From positions 18,850,001-18,914,000 of the forward strand of contig NC_087245.1 in assembly GCF_037042905.1 (NCBI RefSeq): a stretch of 64,000 bases of DNA. Reading direction: 5' to 3'. The notes below the pieces were generated by a model. That model saw only the letters and a program-made list of their open reading frames with translations, was not told where the DNA came from and searched no databases. The stretch's first letter is position 1, and every line of letters starts with the position of its first letter. Shown one piece after another: positions 38,701 to 52,055 of the stretch. Made by a program: the position numbers and the translations under genes. Source of the DNA: Lytechinus pictus (taxonomy: Eukaryota).

Positions 38701-41700
38701 CAAAGTGGAGGAAATTACAAATACATAGATGATGAAATACTTGCTTTTTAAAAATGTATAAATTGAGATCACAGATAGGAATCACTCATCAATTCAAATT
38801 TAATTTTGATTTGACCTCAATAGTAATAAAACATATTAGAAGACTATCTTTATCTAGATCGATTGACAGGGGCCCATTTCGTAAAGAATTATAACTTGCA
38901 AAGAAACCATGAATTTGATTGGTTGCTAAGCCATGTTACAACGGTAGTTACCACAATGACAAACTTACCCCAATCATATTACGTTTTTCATGAAACTAGG
39001 ACCATAGATCTATCAGCAAGATTTTTTTTTTCAACTACACCTAGAACATAAGCAATAAAAACTACTTCATATAAAATACAAAGATCCAGTCGGGCACATT
39101 CTTCATCTTCTCTTAAGATAAGTACAAACCATAAAAGTAACAACCACCATTCATCAAAAGATACTTTTAACTTTTATTTTGCAAACACAGCATCCATATT
39201 GAGCAAACTTTCCCTCCCATATTCATATTTGATGAAGGGATAAATTACCTCATACATCCATTCTCTTGGTATTGACTGATAAAAGGAATTTAGACCACAA
39301 TGTTTCCGATTCTTCCAATGTGGTTTCCAAGTTCACTGCGGTTTCCGAAACTTTGATGATTGTTTGCCCCTTTATATTTGTTCTAAGTGCTTGGCAAAAG
39401 GGAAGTCCTTTACAGTTCAAAAGTTTAACACAATACAGCCAAGATTAAAAATATTTTCACCACAGTCAAACAATATAAATGCTTTGCATTAAAAAATTCT
39501 CTCCCAAATAGAAACAGGCAATATCAATAAGTAGGTGTCAAATTTCTTTGTTGCACTTTAAATCCATAAAATATCAAAATGTCATCCCAAATTGTAAATA
39601 TGAAGATAAAAAAACATGTTGACATTTCAGCAACTGTATGAACAAAACAGAAAGAGACCACATTAAGAAACCTTCAGAGTAATAGTTCTGCAGCATATAC
39701 ATGTATTGAATAGACTAGATTAATGGGACCACCTCTCCCTAAACATTTTTTTTTGGGGGGGGGTGGTGGACAACATTTAGCCAGATGAGCATTTTTTCTC
39801 TTTTATTTAGACCCCCAGGAAGGTGGGGTCAAAGGATAATTCACTCTACCCACTGTTTTGTTGATCTGTATTTTTCTCATATCAGTTCAATATGAAGTCA
39901 TGTTGGCTGAACAGCCACCCCTTCCCCATCGAAGAACGACTCAAATCTACAACTTCAAGTCACTTTTTTCAACATTTCATGCACAATAAGGAAAACTGAT
40001 TTATTTCTCCCAATTCTTTATTACTCCTGTCCTGATTTCCTGATTTTTCTTGAAAATGACCAGAGATTGATCCTAGTAAAGCCATTTCAAAAATATGTAA
40101 TACAGTTTCTGACCCGAATTTCCCTTTGAATATATTACCAAATAATCTGAACTATTTTAACAATCCCCAATCTGAGCTTCACACATCCATGGATCTATTC
40201 TTGCAATTATGAATCATGGAAAGGATTGAAGATAATTGAACATTAGATGTAAGGATTCAAATGAAAGAGAACTAGAAATTCAAATAATAAGATGATGATA
40301 ATGATAATCATTGCCAGATATTCATCCACAATAACACAGTTTACCTGACCTTTTAAAACCAAGGGCAAAAGGATATAGCTCAGGAAATGTCCAATGACAA
40401 ATTTACTTTGTTTTATTGTAATTACGCAACTCATATGTGGCATCGTTGAATTTCAGGACCATATATTTAATTTAAAAATGAAAGATCAGGGAAAGACAAC
40501 CGCTGACATTTCTGTGAATAATATATATCTTGTATTTAAGGAGCTTGTATAATAAACTAAAAGCTAGGTGTATTCTTGAATCATATTGAGAATCTGGCTT
40601 CTTTTAATTATCATGTAAGGGAAAGCATTGAGAAAGTTTAAAATGCCATGGCGCAGGAAGTAAGAAAAGATGGAGTTAAAACTTTGAATCTAAAATCATC
40701 AATTTGAAGAAGTGCACAAGTGGCTGAAATCGGAAGGATATCAAGAACTCTATATGGGTGCGTTCAATTGAACTTCTCTGAAAAAACTATTTCCTAGGGA
40801 ATATATATGTCCATTTGAAGCAGCTATTATATAACTACACTTTCACAAAAGAGGATCGTTTGAAAAAGTGGTGTGAGATGAATACACAACCAGATAATAG
40901 ATATGATCATGAATATAAGAAATCAGAAGTATTTTGAGCATCAGATTAGTCTGAAGTAGACAATAGTTTGAGTATTACAACCTACAACATAAAGTTGGCA
41001 GCTAATATAAGCCCAAAGGCACTTTTTCATAACATAACAAAACTAGATAGCTTTGAAGAAGTAAAGGTTTGTTTCGTTCAACTCAAATACCCCCAAAGAC
41101 AAAAGAATTCCTGAACACAAATTTTACACAACATTCTGTGACTTAAGATAAATTAATAAATGCATAATAATTTCAAAATGTACTATCAGTTAATGGTTAA
41201 TACTGGACTCGGTGAATATCAGCCATTGTACAAAACGAAAAACAGAGCAATTGTTACCATATCTGAACTAGTGTTTCTTTGAAAATGTGGATGTGATGTC
41301 AAATGTAAACATGATATATTTCATGACATCAATCTACTTTCAGGAGTATATACTCTGCCAAGGAATGTTGTACTACTTTGCCAAGATTGGTTTAGTGAGG
41401 AGGAAGCACTCAAAATTGGTGCTTACAAGTTTAAAGATATGAATACTATTAGCAGAATAACTATGTAGAATAATATTTTGCATACTTATTTATTAAAAAA
41501 ATATCTATTGATAAGAGTATAAGACTCTAAATTTCAAAAAAAGAATACTTCTTTTTATCATAAAATTAGCCCTATGACAGTTTTGAATGGGAACTTTTGT
41601 CTGTTTCCGTTGTAATAATTTCCTGTAAATGCCTACACTTTCAGGTAAAACCGTTAATCGTTATCTTTTAAAAAAGAAATGTTCTTCGTAAAATGTTATA

Positions 41701-44700
41701 AAAAAAGATGAATATGAATCTTCTTTACTCTGTTTCTTTTGAATCCGATCAATTTGCATTTAAATCTCCTTTCACACAATTTTCCTCCTCGCTAAAGGTG
41801 AACAAACTTTTCAATACTTTCCAGATTGCATAGGAAAAATTCAATACTACCTTATATAATTTTGAAAGAGAAATACAAAACACATGCATTTTGTTGCTCA
41901 CTGTACAATATACCATTACAATCAAGAATGACTTAAGAAAATATAACACAAATAAATCCCGCTTATTCAGTCTTGCAGTCTTTGCTACTTATTTTAAAAT
42001 ACAACAGTACAGTCTTAACACTGCCGAATGAAGGATAATAATATGCTTCATACTACACTGATGCAAGTTTGAGGAAAAGCCAGCCACTCCCATCCACAGG
42101 GAGGAAACTGGATTCAAAACTTGGATATAACTACTGCTACTTCCACTCTACAACCTCAAACAACAACTTAAACAACTCAGAAGCATAATCTGGAGTTTCA
42201 TTAGCAGAACAGACATTCTAGAATGTTACTGTGTATATTGTCAATGAAAGAACTCATGACAAACTCGAGTCTCAGTACCCGAGTGAAATATGATCAGGAC
42301 ATACAAATGTTTATTGTAACAAGGTAGTGACAAATAACAGATAACTCTCTTGACTGCAAAGTGCAGTATTGATAATGTGAACCATCTTTTTGGAAGAACT
42401 AAAATGGCCATCAACTTGAGGCCTATGATCACGAGAATTCAGCGAGAAAATAGCTCTTTCTTACCCCAGTAATACGCCGGCCGTACTCTGTAATTTTCAG
42501 ACATGGCTGCTCATGAATAGACTTCTGCAACACGTCAGGTTCTCGCCAACAAATAAACACATATATGTTTTTGCCGAGGCCCAATGCCTTTTACAAACTT
42601 CATCAAACTTCTTTGGTTAGGTTGATTTCTGAACTGCGAAGGCCACTAAGCCAATGACACAATCATATCAAATACACCAGCGCATTACAGGCAACTCCCA
42701 TGCATGACAGGAATACAGATGTGATATTTGGATATTCTCTGTCAAGGTGCACGCAGAAACACAAAGAAAATTAACCCAAAATGCTTGATGACGGAAAAAT
42801 AGAACAACACAAAGACCAATGAAAATAAACAAACCCCTCTGTCCTGTTTAACAAAACCATAAAAATGCCAGATCACAAATTTTGACAATTCAACAAAGCT
42901 TTGTTTACTAATTGTTTATCGATTGCATCTGTCTGGACTTCAAAGGCATTCACTGCATGTTATGAAACATACAACCTTTTTGTTCCAACAAGTGTATTTT
43001 CTAAATCAACTAGGAACAAATACAATAAAAGGCCTGCAGTTCCAAATTAGGCAACTGTATAGGGAAATTTCTTTGTCTACTGAAATAAACAAGGAATTGA
43101 TTCAGCTGGTATGTTCACAATTCGCCACAAAGCAATATCAGTATTCCTGTATTTCTATGTGAAAAAAGCCCAGATATTTTTGCAGGTTCGAAAGATATGA
43201 TACGCCAAAGGTGTTTACAAAAGCAAAATAATGAATAGCCGCCAATGTCATTTTCTAAAACTAAGTCTTAATGATACAATAAGATAAAAATGAATCTATT
43301 TATGCTCCAAACCCAATAAGCTGTCTTGAAGAATTTAAATTGTTCACATTATATGATAAAAAACGTCTTTTATGGATTGAAAAATCTGATTCAAATAAAA
43401 GAACTATTAATAGTGAGTTTCAGAATGACTTTTAAATACTGAGCCCCAATTGTTCATGCAATCAATTGAATTGTATATTTGCTTAGTGTGAATTTATACC
43501 TGGCAATTCATTGTATTTCCAGATTTATTGACCATCGTGGTGTGAGTTGTTGATGATTTTTCCTTGCATTCTTTTTGTCACCTGAACCATCAGAAGCAGG
43601 TCGGGTTCCTAACCCCCCCATACCATACCTGTTCTCATCCTTCATCACACGCACAATCAATCACAGTTTTGTCAAGACACAGGTAATTGGGATGGAGAAT
43701 GTACACTATGACAGGGTGCTGCCCTCTGAAGTTCTCTGACAACTTTCCCCATTTCTTCATTTTGACTTGAGAAAAGATTGACATTCGATTTAAAAGTTCA
43801 AATTTCTGTAAATGATCTCTCATAACATACAGTGACATAAGGTGACTATTCCCAATATAACATCTATCAATTAAGGATATCCTTACTCAGCCTTAAACAT
43901 CACTGTGTACAGGGGGCAAATGACTAAATGTAGAGACATTAGAGACCTAATGGACCATTTTATTACAGAGCAAAAATCACATGATCTCGGTGCTTGATTA
44001 CAAACTGCCTTCCCGCAATGACTAGGGATAGAAACATCATTTCAAAATAATTCCACTGTGATATGCAACATCTCTCAATTTACAGTTAACTTAATCGACT
44101 CATTTTCTGAAAAATCAAGACAATACTGAAGACCTACAGGGACAAGTACAACCATCAGGTCTGATGGCTTCCAAGTTTCACAAAAGGCTACAAGACTGAT
44201 AAATGCCAAACTTTTGTTGTGATTATGAGCATTAGTTCTTAGTATCTAGTAGGATTTACCATTAAACAAATTTCAGGCATATTGCAAGCTTGCCAACTTC
44301 CAAATGAGTAGCTGCATGATGGCTAGCTTTTTAAGTGCACAATGGGCATATGTACAAAGTTTTAAACAAGTAACTACCAAGCATGTACTGTTCACCAGCT
44401 GTCTGTTGCTTACTATTAAGCAGTTAGATTGTGTGAGGACTGGCTACAACTAGTTATCAAGAGTTCTGAATGACCAGGAGATGATCAGGTTTTTTTTATC
44501 TAAAACACTCTGCTCTGGCAAAACAAGATACTTTCATTCAAATTTAAATGAAAACTCTAAGTATTACTTTCTCCTGAGCTCCCTTTCGCGAGATCAATAT
44601 ACTGGCATCCCCCGACCCACAAAAGTATAAAAACATGAATAAAAAAAGTAGGCTGAACTTCACATTCTAAACACAGGATATAGCAGGTCACTTGGTTGAG

Positions 44701-44970
44701 CGATGACTCCCAGACTGAAATTGACTGACAACCATACATCAAGGCCAATGGAATCCTATATATGTCATCACATTTGAACAAACCAACAACTGTTTTGTCA
44801 ATAACAGCAAAAATTATCTGGCCTTTCTTCACATCCCCATGTTGGCCTTGTACTTTGCTTACATCAGACAGTTCTATCAGACATGATAAACCAATGGATG
44901 AGAAAACTTCAATAATCTGCATCTTACATAACCTTTGTTTCCCTCCCTTAAGTTGAGACAAAATTAATTA

Positions 44971-45346
44971 TATGCTTTTCACACTGCATTCCCTTAACCC
45001 CATACTATCCTTTTTATGGTTTCACACTGTCTTTTTGAACCCCATGCTTAGCCGGGGTTACGCCTTAACCCGGACTATTGCACAGCTCATCAATATTGAT
45101 GACTTTGCCACACAGAGCGTGATTGACGTGCAATTTCGACTTCTGTGATTGGCTAATGCTTAGCCCCACTCTTACTTAGCCGGTTTCGTTTCACACTGCA
45201 TCTCTTAGCATCGCAGTTAGCTGGCTAACCCTGCATTTTCGCAGGGCCAGATAGTACCGTACTATTTACCGTGCTAGCCCACTTTGCTAAAACGTAGTGT
45301 GAAAACGAAGTGGGCTAAAGAAAATATGTGCAGAGTGAAAAGCATA
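44971..45346. mobile_element. PIF/Harbinger (Tourist-like) MITE
   Basis: TIR TATGCTTTTCACACTGCA / TGCAGAGTGAAAAGCATA (1 mismatch); TTA on both flanks. Confidence 0.8.
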
Positions 45347-48300
45347 TTAGATTTATAATTAATGATATGGCCCTTTCCTCAATCTAACAAATATATGCAT
45401 AGGCCTAGTGTTCAAAATAGGCCTATCTTTTATACAGTTACCAAGACCATACAATGTTCATGGGCAAGTGAGTATCCTAAAGACTGACTTAAAATGTTGG
45501 TCTATCTCTGGAAAGCATTTAGAAGTGTCAATGCAATATATTCAGTGAGAGCTATATGAAAGAGGAATACTATTATTACCATTATCCAATTTTAAATGGT
45601 GAGAAAGTGAATTTAATAACTCTGATGGAGGGGCTTGTTCAAGTACGGCTGCGACCCCAAACTTTTGTTTTTAACTTGAGTGGTGTAGAGACATAGCCCT
45701 GGGGTTCATGGGGGTGAAATGCCTCCATCTGTCCATCATTCATTGTTTTTATTTTCCTTTCCTCGTTCATTATCACCTATCCTGTGGTATGGTGTCAGAG
45801 GGCTCTTTTTAGGGACCCCACCCTTTCTTTTCTGATCGCATTCCTTCACGTTTGCCTCCCATAATACATTTTCCTTCCTCTCCTAAATGCTACACTTCCC
45901 CGCTACAACGTGACTCGCGCTAAATTTAGCCCTTCACGTTCTCCGCGCGGGATCCTGCCTCTGAAGAGACTATGAGACCTTTCACTCAAACACCCACTGA
46001 CTGGGTCTAAAATATCTCAAATATAATGTATGTCACTCCTGGGCTTTAAAATGTTCCTCTTCTTTCCAATCCCAGAGAAAGGGTGTCCAAACCCACTAGG
46101 ACTCTTATGAAGAAAGGACATTTTTTGGACCAACACCCCTAACGAAACAATGCCTCAAAATACAAATTAAAAAAAAAGATGATTGAGTAGTTAAAGAAAT
46201 ATAGGCCTATAGAAAGAAAAAAAATACTATACTTCAGTTAACTGTATTGCAAAATGATGAAAATAGTTGTATACATAAATAGAAAACATATATAATAAAC
46301 ACACAGACCAAGAAATAAAGACATGAATAAAATAAGACAATATAAATTGCACAACTACTTCCATACCAAGTGAATCCATACCTTATGCTCATAGTAGAAT
46401 GCTCATTTAATTTTCTAATTTTAGAACTATCATCAACAAACCTCTTAAAAAAACCCTCACATTAACCAACTATTTTTTTATAACTGTTATGCAACTAGAA
46501 AACTTGACATATATGAAACATGACCAAGACTCCCACAGAAGAGCTTAAAATACCTCAAATGATTAAATTGGACAAATTGAAATACCTTTCAGAAATAATT
46601 TGTTCCAAATTGAAAGTTCAAGTTTTACGTAACAGTCAGTTTGACTTTTACAGAAGCCCTAGATATTAAATTTTGCCATCTATAAAACGTGTTATATACT
46701 TGGCATGGAAAGAAAGTTATAGATCAATTATAGGCTTGTCAACTGAAAATGATTTGCGTCAAAAGCAGGGACATACTTTCTTGTGAACTGGGCTGTAAAG
46801 TTATCAGAAATACACAATATTGACGGAAAGACCTAAAAAAAGTTAACCTTCCCCATGCAAAGATTGGAGTCTGTTGCTGACTTGCAAACAGATTTACAAA
46901 TGATTAAGCAGACTGATGTCAACTGTTGAGCAACAGTTTGGAACAGGGTGCAAATTCCACTTTGTTTATTGAAAAAATAATAACATTAGGCCTATATCTC
47001 TATCTTATGAAAAAAATTCTAGCACAATATTTTGAAGTTGAAGAAATTTGAGGTTTTTCTGGAAAAAAACTGTACCCTATTTTCTGACCATACATGAGTT
47101 TTCAAGACATGTTTTCAAGATGACACACAGTAAGAATGAATCTTTTCTACAAATCCGGTCATGTTCTCAAACTAATCCTATTTACATGTGAACTGAAGAT
47201 GAAATTCAAAGTTATTAATGTACCCGCAGAAAAAAAAATTCTACGGTGAAACCATCAAAGGTTTCATACCTTTTCTCATAAAACATAAAACCATCAAGCT
47301 TACTTGGTTAACCATGACCTTAGAATGAGGTGGGACTAGATGGAGATAATGTGTGTTGTGTTTGTATGGCTGAATTAATTCCAATCTAATTCAAAGTGAC
47401 TATTTTCTGTAAAAGTTGTCTGAACATGACAGTAAAGGTCTATGTGGCGACAATAGTATAATCCTATCTAGTTACAATATAGGCAGGGAAGAGTATATCC
47501 TGCTGAATAAAAGCATCTTTCTCATTAGTCTATATAGGATTACATGTGTACTTGAAACTACCACCATGGCCCTGAAATGAAACACATCTTTAAAAAAATC
47601 TTTGTTTCCTCGGGGGGGGGGGGGGGCATCAAACAATGAAAATAATATTACGCCATTCTTCTTTACACAGGATTTATGTTCTTTGGGGGATGCGAGTAAC
47701 ACCAATTTTAGTGATCAACTTATTATTTAAAACAATGATTAATTGATTGAGAATGTATATGCGAAAGAAACATGGGCATGTAGCAATTATATTCACTTGT
47801 CACTTCCATTTAGGGGTGAGATGCTGTGTTGTAGCATGGTTCTACCAAGGAGGTATTAAAGTGAAATCTCCTTGGTCCCTGAGGTCCATGGTTACAGCAA
47901 GGCCAAGCACCAAAGGGGGAGTCCCATTCACTCAATTCAATTCACAACTGATCATGGCCATGGGGCTTGAGCCAAGGCCACATGCAGCTCTCTCTCTCTC
48001 TCTCTTCCACTGTCTGCATGTCCCTTTCTCTCTGTATGTCTCCCTCTCCTCATTCTTTCTATCTTCTACACTATACCCAGCCATCCAACAGAGCTTAATC
48101 ACAGAAAGGTTGCGCGAGGTCAATGCTCAGTGCTGACATTATCCTAACCAGCTGTGCAAATGCCATGCTCTCCATGTCTGTAATACCAGTTGAACACAGA
48201 CAGGCGGGTGAAGGCAGTGCAGGCAGTGCGGCAAAGGCCCCCATGTTTTCAGAGCGTCTGCTGTGACCAACTCCCTTGCGCTTTACGTTCTATGTGCATC

Positions 48301-48888
48301 TATTCCACGTACCTAAAGAGCAGGGCTACTTGTACAGACTGTCTTTGCCCATGGACCTACTCTGACTCCGGTTCAAGAGAGAGTAAAGGTAACATCTATT
48401 GCAAGATTTTGCATAGTCATAAATGGCCAATCAACATCATAACCTTTCATCACATGGACAAAAGCACTTGATTCACACACACACACATATATTAACTACA
48501 ACAGAATTATAGGTGATCCGCCCATAGAATGAATAGCTTTTCAAGGAAGGTTAATCTTTATCAACAAATGTAGTCGCATTGAAAGATGAAGCCAATTACT
48601 TATTTAATTCAGTTATTACGAACCAATCCCTTGAGCTAATCATCAATGATGGGTCGAAGTTTTTCTGATCCCACCAGTCATTCATTACCAATCCCTCTGC
48701 CGCTCACCAATATTTGTCCTACCAATAAAAAGGCTGCGTTCCAGTAGCATGGCCCATACTTACCCTACAAACATCTGAAAAATGCCAGCCGCTCCATCAA
48801 AAAGAGCTCCACTCTCTCTGTCTGGGTTAGTTTTTTTATGTCCTTTACTTCCAAAACACCATCCCTTCTTACTGCAGGCCTTATCCCA

Positions 48889-48903
48889 CTACCTACCTAC
48901 CTA

Positions 48904-48947
<44 letters not shown>

Positions 48948-48980
48948 GCTATCTATCTATCTGTCTGTCTGTCTGTCTAC
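48889..48980. repeat. Compound (CCTA)(CTGT)(CTAT) tetranucleotide microsatellite
   Basis: Directly visible. Confidence 0.95.
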
Positions 48981-49027
48981 ACTTCTTTCCATCCATCTCA
49001 TCCTTTCACTGTGTTTTACAAGTCTAA

Positions 49028-49179
49028 TACCTTGGTCACATTTGCTCAACGGCGGCCGTACGGTGAGTCGAAAACAGACGTTTTATTCATTTTTATTTCA
49101 AACCAGCTATTTGTAGCTGGTACAAAAGATGTTCAAACGACTGTTTTCGACTCGCCGTAGAGCAGATGTGACCGAGGTA
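49028..49179. mobile_element. PIF/Harbinger (Tourist-like) MITE
   Basis: TIR TACCTTGGTCACATTTGCTC / GAGCAGATGTGACCGAGGTA; TAA on both flanks. Confidence 0.8.
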
Positions 49180-50759
49180 TAAATCTCATTTTCAAATCAC
49201 CTCACTAGGCCAACATGTGTATCTATCAATCCATATCCTAAATAAAAAATTCAACTCCAATCAACAATGGATTTGAAGACAATTGGTAGCTCCAGCTGTA
49301 AAACTAAAAATAGGCCTCCTGTAAAACCATAAAGTCCTCCAACGCTTCAATGTTAACATGAACTTTCCTGGTCGGCCTATATTCTAGGGAGGAATAATGT
49401 TTGTTTCTCAATCTCTTTTAGCTGCATGATCCTCTTGAAATCCATGTTCCCCAAATGCATAATATCGAAAATATAATTCAGAGAATTTTGTGAATTGAAG
49501 ATTCTAAAAATCATTCCAAATATCTTGTTTCATCCAGAGAAACATCTGAAAAGCAATCTGTAAAGTCATAATTCACAACAACTTAATGTACATCCCAATC
49601 AAAAGCCATTTTGAGTAAATTGAAAATGAGTTTGGTGATATATTCTGAATGGTTTCTTCAATGATGAAACACGCTTTGTGTTTATTCTTTTTTTAGCATG
49701 TATGGTGTCAGGCTCATTAAACATCAACAGGTCTCCTCATGTGTAAACTATAGCCAAAATTCCCCTGACAAAGAAAATAACAGCAGCTAAGATGAGTTGA
49801 TGCACTCTGAACACAGTAAATAAAAGTTGCTGAACACAATAACGGACAAAAAGTATATTGAGGTTCACCCTTCATGTACGACTGTGATCATCAAAATAAG
49901 GATCCCCTAAACTGTTTTCTCCTAAATCTTCATTCTTCTTTGTATGGAACTATTTTTGTCAAGTGAACTCGGGAGGCCTACAAGAGATCGGTGCAGTTGT
50001 GCAATATATCTCTTCCAAGTTTTCATCTTTAGGAGTACAAAAACAACAATGAATCATGACCATCGGCTGTAAAGTGGTAGTAACTCACGTAAACCTGCAC
50101 ACAAATAGACATGACACTCTTTACGTGACTGTGTAGTTCCGTGTATAAAGATCTGATTGGGCCCATTATTTCAAACCCCTAAACATGATGTATTCCATGA
50201 CCCCACAGGCTATGATTCATTTTCAAAGGAATATGAATTCATATTTCTCAGATTCAAAATGCTCGGTGGTAATTCATCATCCTATTTCAGCTGCATTCAT
50301 AATCATGTTTTTATGAGCATCAACAAGAATTTTGATAATTGCACCCAGACATCGAATTCATGACCGTCTGCCACCTTTTGTGAAAGAACTCGAGATGAGC
50401 CTTACACAGGATGACAACTTCACAGACTTTTATGATATTTAGACTATAAATCTTAGTACATAAACATCATGATGATAGTTGAATGTTATAAATCAACCTC
50501 CTTTGAAGACACATTACAGTTATGGCGAAAATAATTATAAAATGAAACAGGGAATGAATGAGCAATGCTCAAGCAGTTGATCATGAAAAAGACAACGTGA
50601 CATTTACGAGTTTCATTGAAAAAAGAAATGGGTGTTGAAAATTCAATTCTTCAAAAAAATATACAAATGGAGGTGAACTAGCTGCTACCAAGGCAATACA
50701 CAGCAGATAAAATCATTTTATGTCCCCTTCCCCCTTGTCAGAAAAATTTCTGTCATATA

Positions 50760-50949
50760 CTGTACAAGCTGTTATTTTCGCGGACAGAATTTTTTGCGAA
50801 TCGTGGGGGTCCCGACATTTTCTTGGGTTGTTAAATTCGCGATCGGAAGATGTATGAAACCCTTCCACAGCATATCAAAGAATGCAAAACTGAATTCAAA
50901 ATTAAATTTGTGGCCGATCAGCAATCCGCGAAAATAACAGCTTATACAG
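50760..50949. mobile_element. Tc1/mariner-pogo-type MITE
   Basis: 25-bp TIR CTGTACAAGCTGTTATTTTCGCGGA / TCCGCGAAAATAACAGCTTATACAG (1 mismatch); TA on both flanks. Confidence 0.82.
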
Positions 50950-51096
50950 TATAGGTTATCTCAATAATTGGGAACCTCCCCTCATTCATAACCAATGGTG
51001 ACCATGAAAACGCATTACTACAGAAAATAAGCATTGTGGTAGAAGAACCCCTGGGATGAATATTTAGTTGGAAAATATTATTTGCAATATAAATAT

Positions 51097-52055
51097 AACA
51101 AGTGGAATGCCTCTGGCCGTCTCACCTGCATCACGCGATTCAATATAGCAGCAGTGCTGATTTTGAAAACTACTATAACTCGCACAAGATGTTCAGTGAT
51201 ACTTGGTTACTCTTATTTCCACGTTTTATGAACTAGACCAATACACTTATAGAGATATGATGGCAATTCAACAAATACCCCCAACGTGGCCAAAGTTCTT
51301 TGACCTTAACATGACCTTTGACCTTGATCATGTGACCTGAAACTTGCACAGGATGTTCAGTGATACTTGATTACTATTATGTCCAAGTTTTATGAACTAG
51401 ACCAACACACTTTCAAATTTATGGCTGTAATTCAACAAATACCCCAATTTGGCCAAAGTTCATTGACCCTAAATGACCTTTGACCTTGATCATGTGACCT
51501 GAAACTTGCACAGGATGTTCAGTAATACTTGATTACTATTATGTCCAAGTTTCATGAATCAGATCCATAAACTTTCAAAGTTATGATGGTAATTCAACAG
51601 ATACCCCCAATTCGGCCAAAGTTCATTGACCCTAAATGACCTTTGACCTTGGTCATGTGATGTGAAACTCAAGCAGGATGTTCATTGATACTTGATTAAC
51701 CTTATGTATAAGTTTCATGAACTAGGTCCATATATTTTCTAAGTTATGATGACATTTCAAAAACTTAACCTTAGGTTAAGATTTTGATGTTGATTCCCCC
51801 AACATGGTCTAAGTTCATTGACCCTAAATGACCTTTGACCTTGGTCATGTGACATGAAACTCAGGCAGGATGTTCAGTAATACTTGATTAACCTTATGGC
51901 CAAGTTTCATGAACTAGGTCCATATACTTTCTAAGTTATGCTGTCATTTCAAAAACTTAACCTCAGGTTAAGATTTGGTGTTGACGCCGCCGCCGCCGTC
52001 GCCGTCGGAAAAGCGGCGCCTATAGTCTCACTCTGCTATGCAGGTGAGACAAAAA
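51097..52055. mobile_element. Helentron-associated/DINE-1/pearl-like non-autonomous element with internal tandem repeats
   Basis: 13-bp subterminal IR GTCTCACCTGCAT (51119) / ATGCAGGTGAGAC (52038-52050); terminal stem-loop GTCTCAC...GTGAGAC; four to five internal repeats of 162-192 bp; (GCC)n microsatellite; A-rich ends and no TSD. Confidence 0.75.
51301..51338 (-). promoter_or_regulatory. Composite DR5/DR1/DR8 nuclear-receptor element (inside the transposon)
   Basis: TGACCT-taaca-TGACCT-t-TGACCT-tgatcatg-TGACCT: four perfect half-sites. Confidence 0.4.
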
